Shown piece by piece: positions 51,017 through 61,294 of a DNA stretch of 64,000 nt (its first letter is position 1; the number at the start of each line of letters is the position of its first letter). The position numbers were made by a program, and so were the translations under genes. The stretch lies in the NCBI GenBank assembly GCA_023150835.1, contig JAKLKB010000007.1, positions 1 to 64,000 of the forward strand, read 5' to 3'. A model generated the notes under the pieces. The model was not told where the DNA came from. It made no database searches and worked only from the letters and a program-made list of their open reading frames with translations. Origin of the DNA: Myxococcota bacterium. GTDB taxonomy: Bacteria; Myxococcota_C; UBA6777.

Positions 51017-53077
51017 TTAGCGCAAGGCTCCAACAGTAGAGATTTGGAGCGACTGGTTGACTTGGATGTGGATAACGCGATTGCTGCTACTGTCAAGCAT
51101 CCACAGACGCACGCATCCGTTTTTTTGTTCGCAAGCTGCATCTTCGCCGTGTACCGCAAAGGTCGGGACACCCGCAAGGCTTGGGGCGGTCAGCGTGACA
51201 CCGCTGAGCGTATCGAATTCAAAGCGCGTATCTTGGGGGATATCCGCGCTTTCGCCCTGCAAGATCTTCAACGAAAAATACGGTGTCACGAGGCTTTCAC
51301 CCACTTTGGTACGCTCTTTTAACATACCCGTCACGCTCCCCACCGCCAAAAACGCCGACTTTGCGCGCACAGCATAACGCCAACGCGCAGGAGGCGGCAA
51401 CACAGCACCGCCACGATCGACCACGACGCGATGTCCGCTGACTTCTTTGATCGGCAATGGGTACAAGGGACAGTCCATCTTGGGGATATCTTCGCCGTCC
51501 AACTCGCCCGTACAGACGACAAAATCGCACGATTCCCCCAAGCGATACGAACAACTGCGTAGGGCCGCTTGGCTCGTCGGTTCCGCAAAACTTGCCAAGA
51601 TCGCGCATTTGCAAGAGGTCAGCGAACGCTTTTGATAAAGCACCAACTGATCGTCGACTTTGACACCTTCTTCTTGAAGATTCAGGTCTTTGTCCACGAA
51701 GCGACCTGCGGAAAGGCTCTCAAACTCTCCTTCTCGGACTTCAAACAATTGGCCTTCGTAGGTCAAGCGCCAGATCTCATCGCGGGTTTGACCATGAAAA
51801 ACTTTGATCGCCTCGCGGGTAAGGGGTTTTCCGTCTTCCCCGTTGACCACATTTCCATCTGTGTCGCGTATCGGCTCACGCTCAAGCTGCGGAAGAACCG
51901 CAAGATTGGTTGGAGTGCGTCCGTTGATCGTGACTTTGACTGGGAGATTGACCGATGCAGCGGGATTCTCATAAAACAAGCGATGATGAAAGCCATCGAT
52001 CAAAAAGCCTCTTCCGCTCGTTGCGGTAGCCCACGCAAAGAAGCCGTTTCCATTTTTTTGTCGGTATGCGTCTACGACGGGCAAAAAATGGACGGTGGAA
52101 AACTGAGCGCTGCGATCTTGGGGATAGAGATTGCGCTCTTCTGGGAAGCGCGTGTCGCCTTGGGGGATCTGTGCGCGCTGCGCGATATCGAACAGAAAGA
52201 TTCCGCCCTCGCGCAGATCAAGCAAATAAAGCACCCGTCCATCGGGCGTAATCGAACCTCCGTTAGAGAGGGTTCCGACATAGATCTCTTTTGTTGCGAA
52301 GGTCGCAAGATCGATCTGATGCACGACCTCACGCGTCGAGTTGGTGACGTACAAGCGTGCGAGGGCCTGATCGAGGATCATCTGTGTGGGGGTTCCTGAA
52401 AGCGCGATGCGCTGGACTTCTTGCCCATAATCGGCCTGCCCTTCGGTCAAGTTGATCACCGCGATCGTTTGAAGGGCTGGGATCAACACAAACCCAAGCA
52501 ACCGCCCCCCTACTTCCCGCACGATGATCTGACGGGGACTCGGCCAGCAATTGCGCTGCACTTCACAACGCGGCAGACGCAACGGCTTTCCGTCATCCAA
52601 AACCTGCGTGCGCTTTTCGGTATCCCAAACACCGATATCCCCGTCCACACCGTGCAAAACAAACATCCGCTTTTGATCGGGCGACACCGCCACGCTGATC
52701 GGATAACGTCCCGTTCGCAAGTACATGATCCCGGGATGACTAAAATCCCGCCCCACCAACACAAATGGAAATCCCGTTCCATCTACATCCACCGCCGTCA
52801 GCCGATCCATATCGGCATTCGCGACGTACAACAAACGCCGTTGCGTCGGGATACACTGCCGACCTGTCGCGCAATGCTTGTCTTGCGTACAAAACGCCCC
52901 ACCCAGATCCCCCGGGAGAGTCGAACACATGAGTGATGTCGTCGTCAAAAAAGCCCCAGACAACGGGCGTTTTAGGTGGGAGATCGGTGGCACAACCGTT
53001 TGTGTGCAAGCTCCCATCATGCTCAACAAGCCGAACACCGCCGCCAAAAACACCAGATACCGCAAAGGCTTTCGCAT
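51017..53077 (-). CDS. YncE/YVTN-like beta-propeller lipoprotein
   Basis: Lipobox MGAC, then LYVANAD, TGRYPISVAVSPDQKRMFV, LYVTNS and ITPDGRVLYL. Confidence 0.85.
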   Translation of the reverse strand: MRKPLRYLVFLAAVFGLLSMMGACTQTVVPPISHLKRPLSGAFLTTTSLMCSTLPGDLGGAFCTQDKHCATGRQCIPTQRRLLYVANADMDRLTAVDVDGTGFPFVLVGRDFSHPGIMYLRTGRYPISVAVSPDQKRMFVLHGVDGDIGVWDTEKRTQVLDDGKPLRLPRCEVQRNCWPSPRQIIVREVGGRLLGFVLIPALQTIAVINLTEGQADYGQEVQRIALSGTPTQMILDQALARLYVTNSTREVVHQIDLATFATKEIYVGTLSNGGSITPDGRVLYLLDLREGGIFLFDIAQRAQIPQGDTRFPEERNLYPQDRSAQFSTVHFLPVVDAYRQKNGNGFFAWATATSGRGFLIDGFHHRLFYENPAASVNLPVKVTINGRTPTNLAVLPQLEREPIRDTDGNVVNGEDGKPLTREAIKVFHGQTRDEIWRLTYEGQLFEVREGEFESLSAGRFVDKDLNLQEEGVKVDDQLVLYQKRSLTSCKCAILASFAEPTSQAALRSCSYRLGESCDFVVCTGELDGEDIPKMDCPLYPLPIKEVSGHRVVVDRGGAVLPPPARWRYAVRAKSAFLAVGSVTGMLKERTKVGESLVTPYFSLKILQGESADIPQDTRFEFDTLSGVTLTAPSLAGVPTFAVHGEDAACEQKNGCVRLWMLDSSSNRVIHIQVNQSLQISTVGALR

Positions 53078-53118
53078 CTTATCAGAATCCTTCACCAAGA
53101 AAGCAAGAAAACTATGCT

Positions 53119-53286
53119 CACAACGTCCGCTCTCATCGCACCCACAACATCCGCTCTCATCGCCGCCACAATGTCCGCTCTCATCGCACCCACAACATCC
53201 GCTCTCATCGCACCCACAACATCCGCTCTCATCGCACCCACAACATCCGCTCTCATCGCACCCACAACATCCGCTCTCATCGCACC
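53119..53286. repeat. 24-bp intergenic tandem repeat, 7 copies
   Basis: cacaacatccgctctcatcgcacc x7 (168 bp) with no spacers. Confidence 0.97.
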
Positions 53287-53305
53287 TGCACCAGCAGGGT
53301 CTTTG

Positions 53306-55351
53306 CTATGGGGTGACCTTGAGCGTGGTGTCAATCCCCCGCAGCGCTCCGATCACTTGGTGGCTATTGAGATCGATGATCGAGATCAGCGTGTTGAGAA
53401 AGTTCGCAACATAGGCACGCGGCTTAGGATTGGGCGTCCCTGCGGGCGGATCGTAGATCACCATAAAGTAAGGCCGCTCTCCCACAGGGATCTGATAGAT
53501 CGTCTGCATCGCTTCGACATCGATCACATCGACACGACCGCGCCGCGAAGACACCACATACAACAGATCTGGATAGGGAGCGGGACGATGGCGATACAAC
53601 AGTTGCGCAGGCTCCGTTCCGACGGGCAACGTCGCAACAAGACGCATCGTCAACGGGCTGTCGGGACGTTCACGCAACAGATCGTACACCAACACCACCG
53701 AAGGCAGGCGGCTTGCAACATACAGTCGCGCCCATCCATGCTTGCGATTGATCGCAGCCGTAATCCCCCGCATATCCGCCTGAATCGTCGTCGAAGGTGG
53801 AGCCGTCATATCGACGTTGGTAAACACGACTTGCCCGATATCACGCGGCAACAAGGGGGTGTCTTTGAGCGGTAAGGCGTACACGCGGTTGCTTTGGCGC
53901 GATACCAAGAACAATTCACCCTTCCCACCGAGATCTGTGTGATTGGGCAATAACGCGATCCCTGTCATCCCCAACGGCAAGCCCAACGATTCTTTGTTCG
54001 CGACGATCCCCATCTCTCGGCGATCTTGGGAAGTTGCAGGCAACGACAGCTTGCTCAGATCCAGATCCGCATAACCGCCTTGTTCCAACAACGAAGCAAA
54101 CAACCGCGTATCTTTGCAGCTTTCGTAAGACGCGCAATCGCCGTCCCCTTCGCAATAACGCGGCACTTCCGCCATCGCTGTCCGACAATGCCCGCTTTCG
54201 CAGATCTCGCCTTCCGCGCAGCTTGTGCTGTCGGTGCAACCTTCGATACAACGGCCTTCATCACAACGTGTCCCTTGCGGACAATCGAGATCGACGGCGC
54301 ACAGCTTTCGCGCACAACGCCCCGCAAAACAAGCCAGTCCAATCGGACAATCTGTCGGGGCAACACAAGTCCGCGTCACACAACGTCCCCCCTCGCAGCG
54401 TTCTTCGGCAAGACACGCGCTGTCTTGTTGGCAAGGCTTGCCCGTAGGCCGTTTGGTTCGACAACGCCCGAAAGAACAGCTTTGTCCTTCGGGGCATTGT
54501 GTATCGCCGACGCATCCCGCGACACATCGGCTCACATCGCAACGCTCTCCCGCTTTACAAGCGCCTTTTTGCTGATCGTCTGCGCTACAAACACAGTCGT
54601 TGTCGACTTTGCACGCCCGACGGGCCGTACACACCGCGCCGATCACCAAGCCATACGGATAAAAGTTGGTGGTGCAGTACCCGACGCCTGCGCCCAAACC
54701 CGTTGCAGAGTCTCGCAAACAGCGTTCTTGTCGCGCAAAGACACAATCCGCATCCGTCTCACAGCGCTTGCCAAGCAAAAAGATCTTGTTTTCATCGCCA
54801 CAACGCGGCGCGGGATCCACCTCAAACTTGCCTTCGGCTCCCACGCCACCTGATTTTTCTTTTGGGATGGCCTTTTGCGAGCAAGACAGATGCTCCGCCC
54901 CCCTCTTGTCTGGATCGATACCAAAATGCAAGATCTCCGAAAAGCCGATCGCTCCGCCTTCTCGGCTGTCGTTTCGGATCGAAACAAACCCGCGCCGCCC
55001 GTCCCGAGAAAGCAACACCTCACCCGCAAACGAACCGATCTCGACCGTCGTTCCGGCAACTTGTTTGAGTGTCTTGTACGTCGTCTTCACCCCCAGCAGA
55101 TCCCCCGTGACCTCTTCGTCCTCTGCGGTGTCAAAGACCATCAACGTCCCGCCCGTATAAGCGAGGTCAAAGTTGGAGTTGGCGATGTACAAAAAGCGAC
55201 CGCTCGGATGCACCGCAAGGCCGATCGGATAATGGATCTTGGTGGGATCAGGCGAGATGCCGTTGTATTCGGAGACACAACTGAAGGAGAACAACGTCCC
55301 CATCCATGCAAGCAACAAGATCATCATCAAAGGAATGCGTCTGTTTCTCAT
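53306..55351 (-). CDS. YncE/YVTN-like beta-propeller lipoprotein with internal Cys-rich repeat block
   Basis: Lipobox SFSC and YPIGLAVHPSGRFLYIANSNFD. The centre holds 4-Cys modules; the C-terminus has PVGERPY..AYVANFLNTLISIIDL. Confidence 0.87.
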   Translation of the reverse strand: MRNRRIPLMMILLLAWMGTLFSFSCVSEYNGISPDPTKIHYPIGLAVHPSGRFLYIANSNFDLAYTGGTLMVFDTAEDEEVTGDLLGVKTTYKTLKQVAGTTVEIGSFAGEVLLSRDGRRGFVSIRNDSREGGAIGFSEILHFGIDPDKRGAEHLSCSQKAIPKEKSGGVGAEGKFEVDPAPRCGDENKIFLLGKRCETDADCVFARQERCLRDSATGLGAGVGYCTTNFYPYGLVIGAVCTARRACKVDNDCVCSADDQQKGACKAGERCDVSRCVAGCVGDTQCPEGQSCSFGRCRTKRPTGKPCQQDSACLAEERCEGGRCVTRTCVAPTDCPIGLACFAGRCARKLCAVDLDCPQGTRCDEGRCIEGCTDSTSCAEGEICESGHCRTAMAEVPRYCEGDGDCASYESCKDTRLFASLLEQGGYADLDLSKLSLPATSQDRREMGIVANKESLGLPLGMTGIALLPNHTDLGGKGELFLVSRQSNRVYALPLKDTPLLPRDIGQVVFTNVDMTAPPSTTIQADMRGITAAINRKHGWARLYVASRLPSVVLVYDLLRERPDSPLTMRLVATLPVGTEPAQLLYRHRPAPYPDLLYVVSSRRGRVDVIDVEAMQTIYQIPVGERPYFMVIYDPPAGTPNPKPRAYVANFLNTLISIIDLNSHQVIGALRGIDTTLKVTP

Positions 55352-55411
55352 CAAGATCAACGTACTTTCGGCATCCCTTGCGATGTTCGTTTCGGCGCAT
55401 GCAAGGGAGGA

Positions 55412-58168
55412 TCAGGGTTGTTGGGCCTTTTGCAAGGCAGCTTGTCCAGCCGCCATCAGCGCGATCGGCACACGGTACGGAGAACAACTAACATAATGCA
55501 AACCAAGGTTGTGGCAAAACTGCACAGAACGCGGATCGCCGCCATGTTCGCCACAGATCCCAAGGTGAAGATCAGGTCGGGTGCTACGGCCTTTTTCCAG
55601 AGCGATCTTCATCAACCCCCCAACGCCCTTGGTATCGAGGGTTTGAAAGGGATCATCCGTCAACAAACGTTGCTCGATGTACGCAGGCAAAAACTTGCCG
55701 ATGTCATCGCGGCTAAAACCGTAGGTTGTTTGCGTCAGGTCGTTGGTCCCAAAAGAGAAAAAGTCTGCGTGGCGTGCGATGGCGTCCGCCACCATACAAG
55801 CCCGAGGCAGCTCGATCATCGTTCCAACAGAGTACTTGATCGACAAACCTTCGTCTTGCAAGATCTGATCGGCCACACGGCAGGTGAGAACACGCAAAGA
55901 AGCCAACTCTTCTTCGATCCCCACAAGCGGGATCATGATCGCAGGCAGGACTTTTACACCCTCTTTGGCGATCCGACAAGCCGCACGCATCACTGCCGCC
56001 ACTTGCATCTCCGCAATCTCGGGATATGTCAAGAGCAATCGACAGCCACGATGCCCAAGCATCGGATTCGATTCGTGCAACGCATCGACCAGTTGCTTCA
56101 ATCGCTCTGCCCGACAACCGATCTTTTCCGCAAGCTCCGCGACTTGTTTGGGTTCGTGTGGCAAAAACTCATGCAGCGGCGGATCCAACAAACGGATCGT
56201 CACCTTGCGTTCACCCAGCGCACGAAATAACCCAACAAAGTCTTCTTCTTGTAACGGGGCCAGTTTGGCCAACGCCGCCTCACGACCCGCCCGATCCGTC
56301 GCCAAGATCATCTCTCGCACGCTATCGATGCGATCGCCCTCAAAGAACATGTGTTCGGTGCGACACAGCCCGATGCCCTGCGCACCAAAAGCCACCGCAG
56401 CGACGGCTTGATCGGGCTGATCGGCGTTGGTCCACACTTCCAAACGCCGCGCTTCGCTCGCCCAACGCATCAGCTTTTCGTAAAGCCGATACAACGGCGC
56501 ATCTTCGGGGCGCAGCGACTTTTCCAACAGCACCTGCACCACCTCCGACGCCTTGGTCTTGATCTTTCCATCATAGACCTTGCCTTCAAAGCCATCCAAC
56601 GACAACCAGTCGCCCTGCTTGAGTATACGATCCTTGATCCGAAGCTGCTTGGCGGAATAATCCAGATCCAACGCTTGACAGCCCGAAACACAGACCTTTC
56701 CCATCTGCCTTGCCACCAGCGCCGCGTGCGAAGTCGCCCCGCCTCGCGCCGTCAAGATCCCTTTGGAAACCGCCATCCCACGGATATCTTCGGGGGAGGT
56801 TTCGGTGCGCACCAACAGGATATCATGGCCGTGTTTCGCCATCTCTTCGGCTTCTTCGGCGGAAAACACGATCATCCCACTCGCAGCCCCCGGCCCTGCG
56901 GCCAGACCTCGCGCCAACAATCGACCCGATGTTTCCGCCTTTTTCTTTTCACTCGGATCAAAGATCGGTTGAAGTAGCTGTTGCAAATGACGCTCTGGAT
57001 CGATACGCAAGATCGCTTCCTGCGGCGTAATCAATCCCTCTTCCACCATCTCCACCGCGATCCGCGCCGCCGCGATCCCTGTTCGCTTTCCTGTCCGTGT
57101 TTGCAACATCCAAAGCTGGCCGTCTTGGATCGTAAACTCGATATCTTGCATATCACGATAATGCTTTTCCAACACATCGCGGATACGCAAAAGCTCCGCA
57201 TACAAGGCAGGTTGCATCTCCTCAAGAGACAACACCGTGTCACCTTCGGCTTTTTGGTGCTTTGACAGCGGCATCGGCGTACGTGTCCCCGCCACCACAT
57301 CCTCGCCTTGGGCGTTGTTCAAAAACTCCCCATGCAGCGCGTTGTCACCCAGCGACGAATCCCGCGTAAAAGCCACACCTGTCGCACAATCATCGTTCAT
57401 ATTGCCGTACACCATCGCCTGTATATTGACCGCTGTCCCCAAGTCATGGGCAATTCGGTTCAATTGGCGATAAGACACCGCACGCGGATTGTTCCACGAA
57501 CCAAAGACCGCCCCTGCGGCTTGGCGAAGCTGCGCACGCGGATCGTCGGGGATATCCTGCCCCGTTCTGGTGCGGATAATCGAGCGAAACTCCACGCAAA
57601 GCTGTTTGAGATCGTCGGTGGACATCTCGGTGTCTTGTTGGATGCCGCGTGCGTGTTTGAGCCGATCGATCGCCTTCTCAAAGGGATCGATCCCCTCGTG
57701 TTGTTCGGCTTTTACACCCAACACCACGTCACCATACATCTTGAGAAAACGTCGGTAAGCATCGTACGCAAACCGCGCATTGGTCTGTTTCGCCAAACCT
57801 TCGACGATCACATCGTTCAGTCCGAGGTTCAAAACGGTGTCCATCATCCCCGGCATCGAGACGGGCGCACCCGAGCGCACCGACACCAACATCGGACTGC
57901 TTGGATCGCCAAAACGACGGCCCATGATCTTTTCCATGCGCGCCAACACCTCGTCCACTTGGGGCCTGAGATCATCTGGATAGGTGTGGTTGTTTTTCAA
58001 ATAGTAGTGGCACATCTCTGTCGAGATCGTAAACCCCGGAGGGACGGGAAGTTTCAACCGCGTCATCTCTGCCAGATTCGCGCCTTTTCCGCCCAACAGC
58101 GCCTTCATGCTTGCGTCGCCATCGGCTTCGCCACCACCAAAGAAATAAACGTACTTTTTGCTTACCAC
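55412..58168 (-). CDS. ppdK: Pyruvate, phosphate dikinase
   Basis: KYVYFFGGG, LLGGKGANLAEM, SMPGMMDTVLNLG, GGATSHAA, GIGLCRTEHMF and FSFGTNDLTQ. AGGAGG precedes the GTG at 58168. Confidence 0.98.
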   Translation of the reverse strand: MVSKKYVYFFGGGEADGDASMKALLGGKGANLAEMTRLKLPVPPGFTISTEMCHYYLKNNHTYPDDLRPQVDEVLARMEKIMGRRFGDPSSPMLVSVRSGAPVSMPGMMDTVLNLGLNDVIVEGLAKQTNARFAYDAYRRFLKMYGDVVLGVKAEQHEGIDPFEKAIDRLKHARGIQQDTEMSTDDLKQLCVEFRSIIRTRTGQDIPDDPRAQLRQAAGAVFGSWNNPRAVSYRQLNRIAHDLGTAVNIQAMVYGNMNDDCATGVAFTRDSSLGDNALHGEFLNNAQGEDVVAGTRTPMPLSKHQKAEGDTVLSLEEMQPALYAELLRIRDVLEKHYRDMQDIEFTIQDGQLWMLQTRTGKRTGIAAARIAVEMVEEGLITPQEAILRIDPERHLQQLLQPIFDPSEKKKAETSGRLLARGLAAGPGAASGMIVFSAEEAEEMAKHGHDILLVRTETSPEDIRGMAVSKGILTARGGATSHAALVARQMGKVCVSGCQALDLDYSAKQLRIKDRILKQGDWLSLDGFEGKVYDGKIKTKASEVVQVLLEKSLRPEDAPLYRLYEKLMRWASEARRLEVWTNADQPDQAVAAVAFGAQGIGLCRTEHMFFEGDRIDSVREMILATDRAGREAALAKLAPLQEEDFVGLFRALGERKVTIRLLDPPLHEFLPHEPKQVAELAEKIGCRAERLKQLVDALHESNPMLGHRGCRLLLTYPEIAEMQVAAVMRAACRIAKEGVKVLPAIMIPLVGIEEELASLRVLTCRVADQILQDEGLSIKYSVGTMIELPRACMVADAIARHADFFSFGTNDLTQTTYGFSRDDIGKFLPAYIEQRLLTDDPFQTLDTKGVGGLMKIALEKGRSTRPDLHLGICGEHGGDPRSVQFCHNLGLHYVSCSPYRVPIALMAAGQAALQKAQQP

Positions 58169-58190
58169 GTTCTCGACCTCCTGTGAGAGG

Positions 58191-60338
58191 TTATGTGTCT
58201 GTTTCGGCTTCAGTTTCAATGCGCGCAAAGTCAAGGAAGGCCAGCCGTGCCACCGCACGCAACATCGCAAGGCGCGCATCCCGCAACGTCGTATCCTCGG
58301 CCATCACCATCACTTGATCAAAGATGCGATCGATCGGCCCTTGCAAGGTACACAAAGCATCAAATGCACTCTGAAAATCCGCTTGTTCCAGTCCTTTTTC
58401 GAGCTTCCCTGTGGCGGCGTCGTAGGCATCCAACAGCGCCACTTCTGCGCTTTCCTTCAACAGCGAACGCTCCAACACAGGCGCTTCTTCGCGATAATAC
58501 AGCGCCCCCAAACCCGCATACGCCGCGATCACCTCTTTCTTTGCCGCAGCCCGCAAGATATTGTTGACGCGCTTAAAGCTGTAAGCCAGACCCGACAAGA
58601 CACCCGAATGTACGGCATCTTGCAGCGCTTTAAGCAGCCCATCCAGCGCAGGCAACGGATGATGCGCCACCAGATCATCCACACACACCGCATCCACCAG
58701 ATCGCGCTGCCAACCGTCTTTCAGATAAAGACCACTCAAGCGCGTCGTCAAAAACTGGATCACTTCTGCCCGCACCACCGCAGGTTCCGCGAGCCGCTCG
58801 CCCAAGGACGACAACGCCAGATCCACCATCGCTCCCAACGTCCCCTGTAGATGGTTCTCGCGTAAGATGCGCAAGATCCCGATGGCTTGACGACGCAGAC
58901 CATACGGATCCGCACTTCCGCTCGGCTTGAGTCCCACACCAAAACCACCCACCAACGTATCGAGACGATCCGCAAGCGCCAACAATTGACCCACAGGATG
59001 CGTCGGCACAGCATCCTCTTGGCCCGCAGGCAGATAATGATCGCGCAAAGCATCGGCCACCGCCGCTGTTTCGCCATCATGAAGCGCATAATAACGCCCC
59101 ATGATCCCCTGCAACTCGGTGAACTCAAAGACCATCCCTGTCACCAGATCGGCCTTTGAAAGATGCGCCGCTCGACGCGCTTCTTCCGCGTGTGTGGACA
59201 TCCCCAACAACTGCGCCAACACAGGCACTTGCGCTTCCAAACGCCGCACCTTGTCCCCATAACTGCCTAGCTTCGACTGAAACACCACGCCGTCCAAGCG
59301 CGAAACACGGCTCGCCAAGGTCTTTTTGCGATCTTCGTTAAAGAAAAACTGCGCATCCGAAAGCCGCGCACGCAACACCCGTTGGTTTCCATGCAAGACT
59401 TTTTCTTCATCCTTCGAGGGTAGCGCAGACACCAACACAAAATGCCGCATCAATCGGCCTTCTTGATCCACCACCACAAAACATTTTTGATGCGCACGCA
59501 AGCTCGTCTGCAAGACTTCACGCGGAAGCTCCAAGAAAGCCGCATCAAACGTCGCCAATAACGGACGCGCATACTCGACCAAAAAGGCGTTGGTATCGAC
59601 CAGCCCTTCATCTTCGACCAAACGCCCACCACACGCCTCCGCCAAACGATGAGCTTCTTCTCGGATCGTCTTGCGCCGAGATGCCGGGTCCAACACGACA
59701 TAGCGTGCAGCTTGCTCAGCACGATAGCCCGCAGCATCCTTGACCACAAACGGCTCAGGAAACAGAAAACGATGTCCCCGTGATGTCTCTCCGCTCGCAA
59801 CACCCGCATACACAAACGGGATCACCTTCCCCTCAAACAACGCGCACAACCAACGGATCGGTCGCGCAAACGTCTCTTTGATCCGCCCCCAACGCATCGA
59901 CTTTGGAAAACTGATCTGACCCAAAATGCGCGGCAACGCTTCTTGCAAAAGCGCCCTTGTATCCGCGCCTTCTCGCACCACATACGCACAAAGATAAGCC
60001 CCTTTCGGTGTCTCTTTGTGCTCCAAAGCTTCCACCGTCCGACCCACTTTTTCCGCAAACTTTTGCGCCGCCACTTTGGGCCGACCATCCGCCTCAAAAG
60101 CCACCCGCACAGGCGGTCCCAAGACTTCTTCCGTCTCATCCCGCCCGCGCAAACCGACGTCCGCGATCACCACACCCAAACGACGCGGCGTTGCAAACGT
60201 CTCGATCGACCCGTAGCTCACTCGACCTTCTCGCAACGCACCTTCCAACAGCGACACCAACTGCTGCAACGCTGGTTCCACATAACTCGCGGGCAACTCT
60301 TCGCTGCCCACCTCGAAAAACAATTCTGCGCCTGTCAT
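58191..60338 (-). CDS. glyS: Glycine--tRNA ligase beta subunit
   Basis: FEVGSEELP, TPRRL, FPKSMRWG, EFTELQGIMG and GSADPYGLRR. Confidence 0.97.
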   Translation of the reverse strand: MTGAELFFEVGSEELPASYVEPALQQLVSLLEGALREGRVSYGSIETFATPRRLGVVIADVGLRGRDETEEVLGPPVRVAFEADGRPKVAAQKFAEKVGRTVEALEHKETPKGAYLCAYVVREGADTRALLQEALPRILGQISFPKSMRWGRIKETFARPIRWLCALFEGKVIPFVYAGVASGETSRGHRFLFPEPFVVKDAAGYRAEQAARYVVLDPASRRKTIREEAHRLAEACGGRLVEDEGLVDTNAFLVEYARPLLATFDAAFLELPREVLQTSLRAHQKCFVVVDQEGRLMRHFVLVSALPSKDEEKVLHGNQRVLRARLSDAQFFFNEDRKKTLASRVSRLDGVVFQSKLGSYGDKVRRLEAQVPVLAQLLGMSTHAEEARRAAHLSKADLVTGMVFEFTELQGIMGRYYALHDGETAAVADALRDHYLPAGQEDAVPTHPVGQLLALADRLDTLVGGFGVGLKPSGSADPYGLRRQAIGILRILRENHLQGTLGAMVDLALSSLGERLAEPAVVRAEVIQFLTTRLSGLYLKDGWQRDLVDAVCVDDLVAHHPLPALDGLLKALQDAVHSGVLSGLAYSFKRVNNILRAAAKKEVIAAYAGLGALYYREEAPVLERSLLKESAEVALLDAYDAATGKLEKGLEQADFQSAFDALCTLQGPIDRIFDQVMVMAEDTTLRDARLAMLRAVARLAFLDFARIETEAETDT

Positions 60339-60340
60339 GG

Positions 60341-61294
60341 TCAGCCCTCCACACCCGCTGTTTTCGCCGCATTCGTCGCATTCGCCGCATCCATCGCATC
60401 TGCCGCATCTACCGCATCTTTGAGCAACGGGAACCCCAACGCCCCACGCTGCGCCAACCACGCCTCCGCACAACCTCGCGCCAAAGCCCGCACCCGCCCA
60501 ATATAACGCTGCCGCTCTGTCACAGAGATCGCCCCCCGCGCATCCAACATATTGAACGCATGGCTGCACTTCATACAGTGATCATACGCAGGCATCACCA
60601 ACGCAGGAGAACGCTCCAACAAACGCTTGCACTCGCGCTCATTCATCTCAAACAGATAGCTGTACGAAGGGATATCCGAGGCCTCAAAGCTATACCCCGA
60701 AAACTCCACCTCATCGCGGTGATGCACATCCCCGTACGTAAACGGTGCGCACCACTCCAGATCGTACACGTTATCCACGTCCTGCAAGTACATCGCGATG
60801 CGCTCCAAACCGTACGTCAACTCGCCCGCGATCACATCCAACTCTATCCCTCCGCACTGTTGAAAGTACGTAAACTGCGAGATCTCCATCCCATCCGCCC
60901 ACACTTCCCATCCCAAACCCCACGCACCAAGCGTCGGCGATTCCCAATCGTCCTCCACAAATCGCAGATCATGAACCAGCGGATCGATATCCAACGCTCG
61001 CAACGAATCCAAATACAGCTCTTGGATATTGTCTGGCGATGGCTTCAAGATCACCTGAAACTGATAATACTTTCCCAATCGATTGGGGTTTTCTCCATAA
61101 CGACCATCCGTCGGACGACGACACGGCTCCACATACGCCACATTCCAAGGCTCTGGACCCAATGCACGCAAAAACGTGGCCGGATGAAACGTCCCCGCAC
61201 CCTTCTCCAAGTCATACGGCTGCAAGATCACACATCCTTGCTCCGCCCAAAAACGCTGCAAGCGTAAGATCAACTCCTGAAAATTCAGCGCCAT
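60341..61294 (-). CDS. glyQ: Glycine--tRNA ligase alpha subunit
   Basis: [42 protein letters not shown] and TYGLER. Confidence 0.98.
   Translation of the reverse strand: MALNFQELILRLQRFWAEQGCVILQPYDLEKGAGTFHPATFLRALGPEPWNVAYVEPCRRPTDGRYGENPNRLGKYYQFQVILKPSPDNIQELYLDSLRALDIDPLVHDLRFVEDDWESPTLGAWGLGWEVWADGMEISQFTYFQQCGGIELDVIAGELTYGLERIAMYLQDVDNVYDLEWCAPFTYGDVHHRDEVEFSGYSFEASDIPSYSYLFEMNERECKRLLERSPALVMPAYDHCMKCSHAFNMLDARGAISVTERQRYIGRVRALARGCAEAWLAQRGALGFPLLKDAVDAADAMDAANATNAAKTAGVEG

Noticed and set aside
53119-53286. CRISPR array (also considered for 13872-14085, 863-957 and 31045-31910)
   Set aside because: Units are head to tail without unique spacers, and there are no cas genes in the window.
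54875-56230. 451-aa plus-strand ORF (likewise 43601-44479, 44870-45742, 59957-61267, 61381-62838, 7658-8455 and 25166-26215)
   Set aside because: These are antisense shadows of well-supported genes and have no recognisable motifs.
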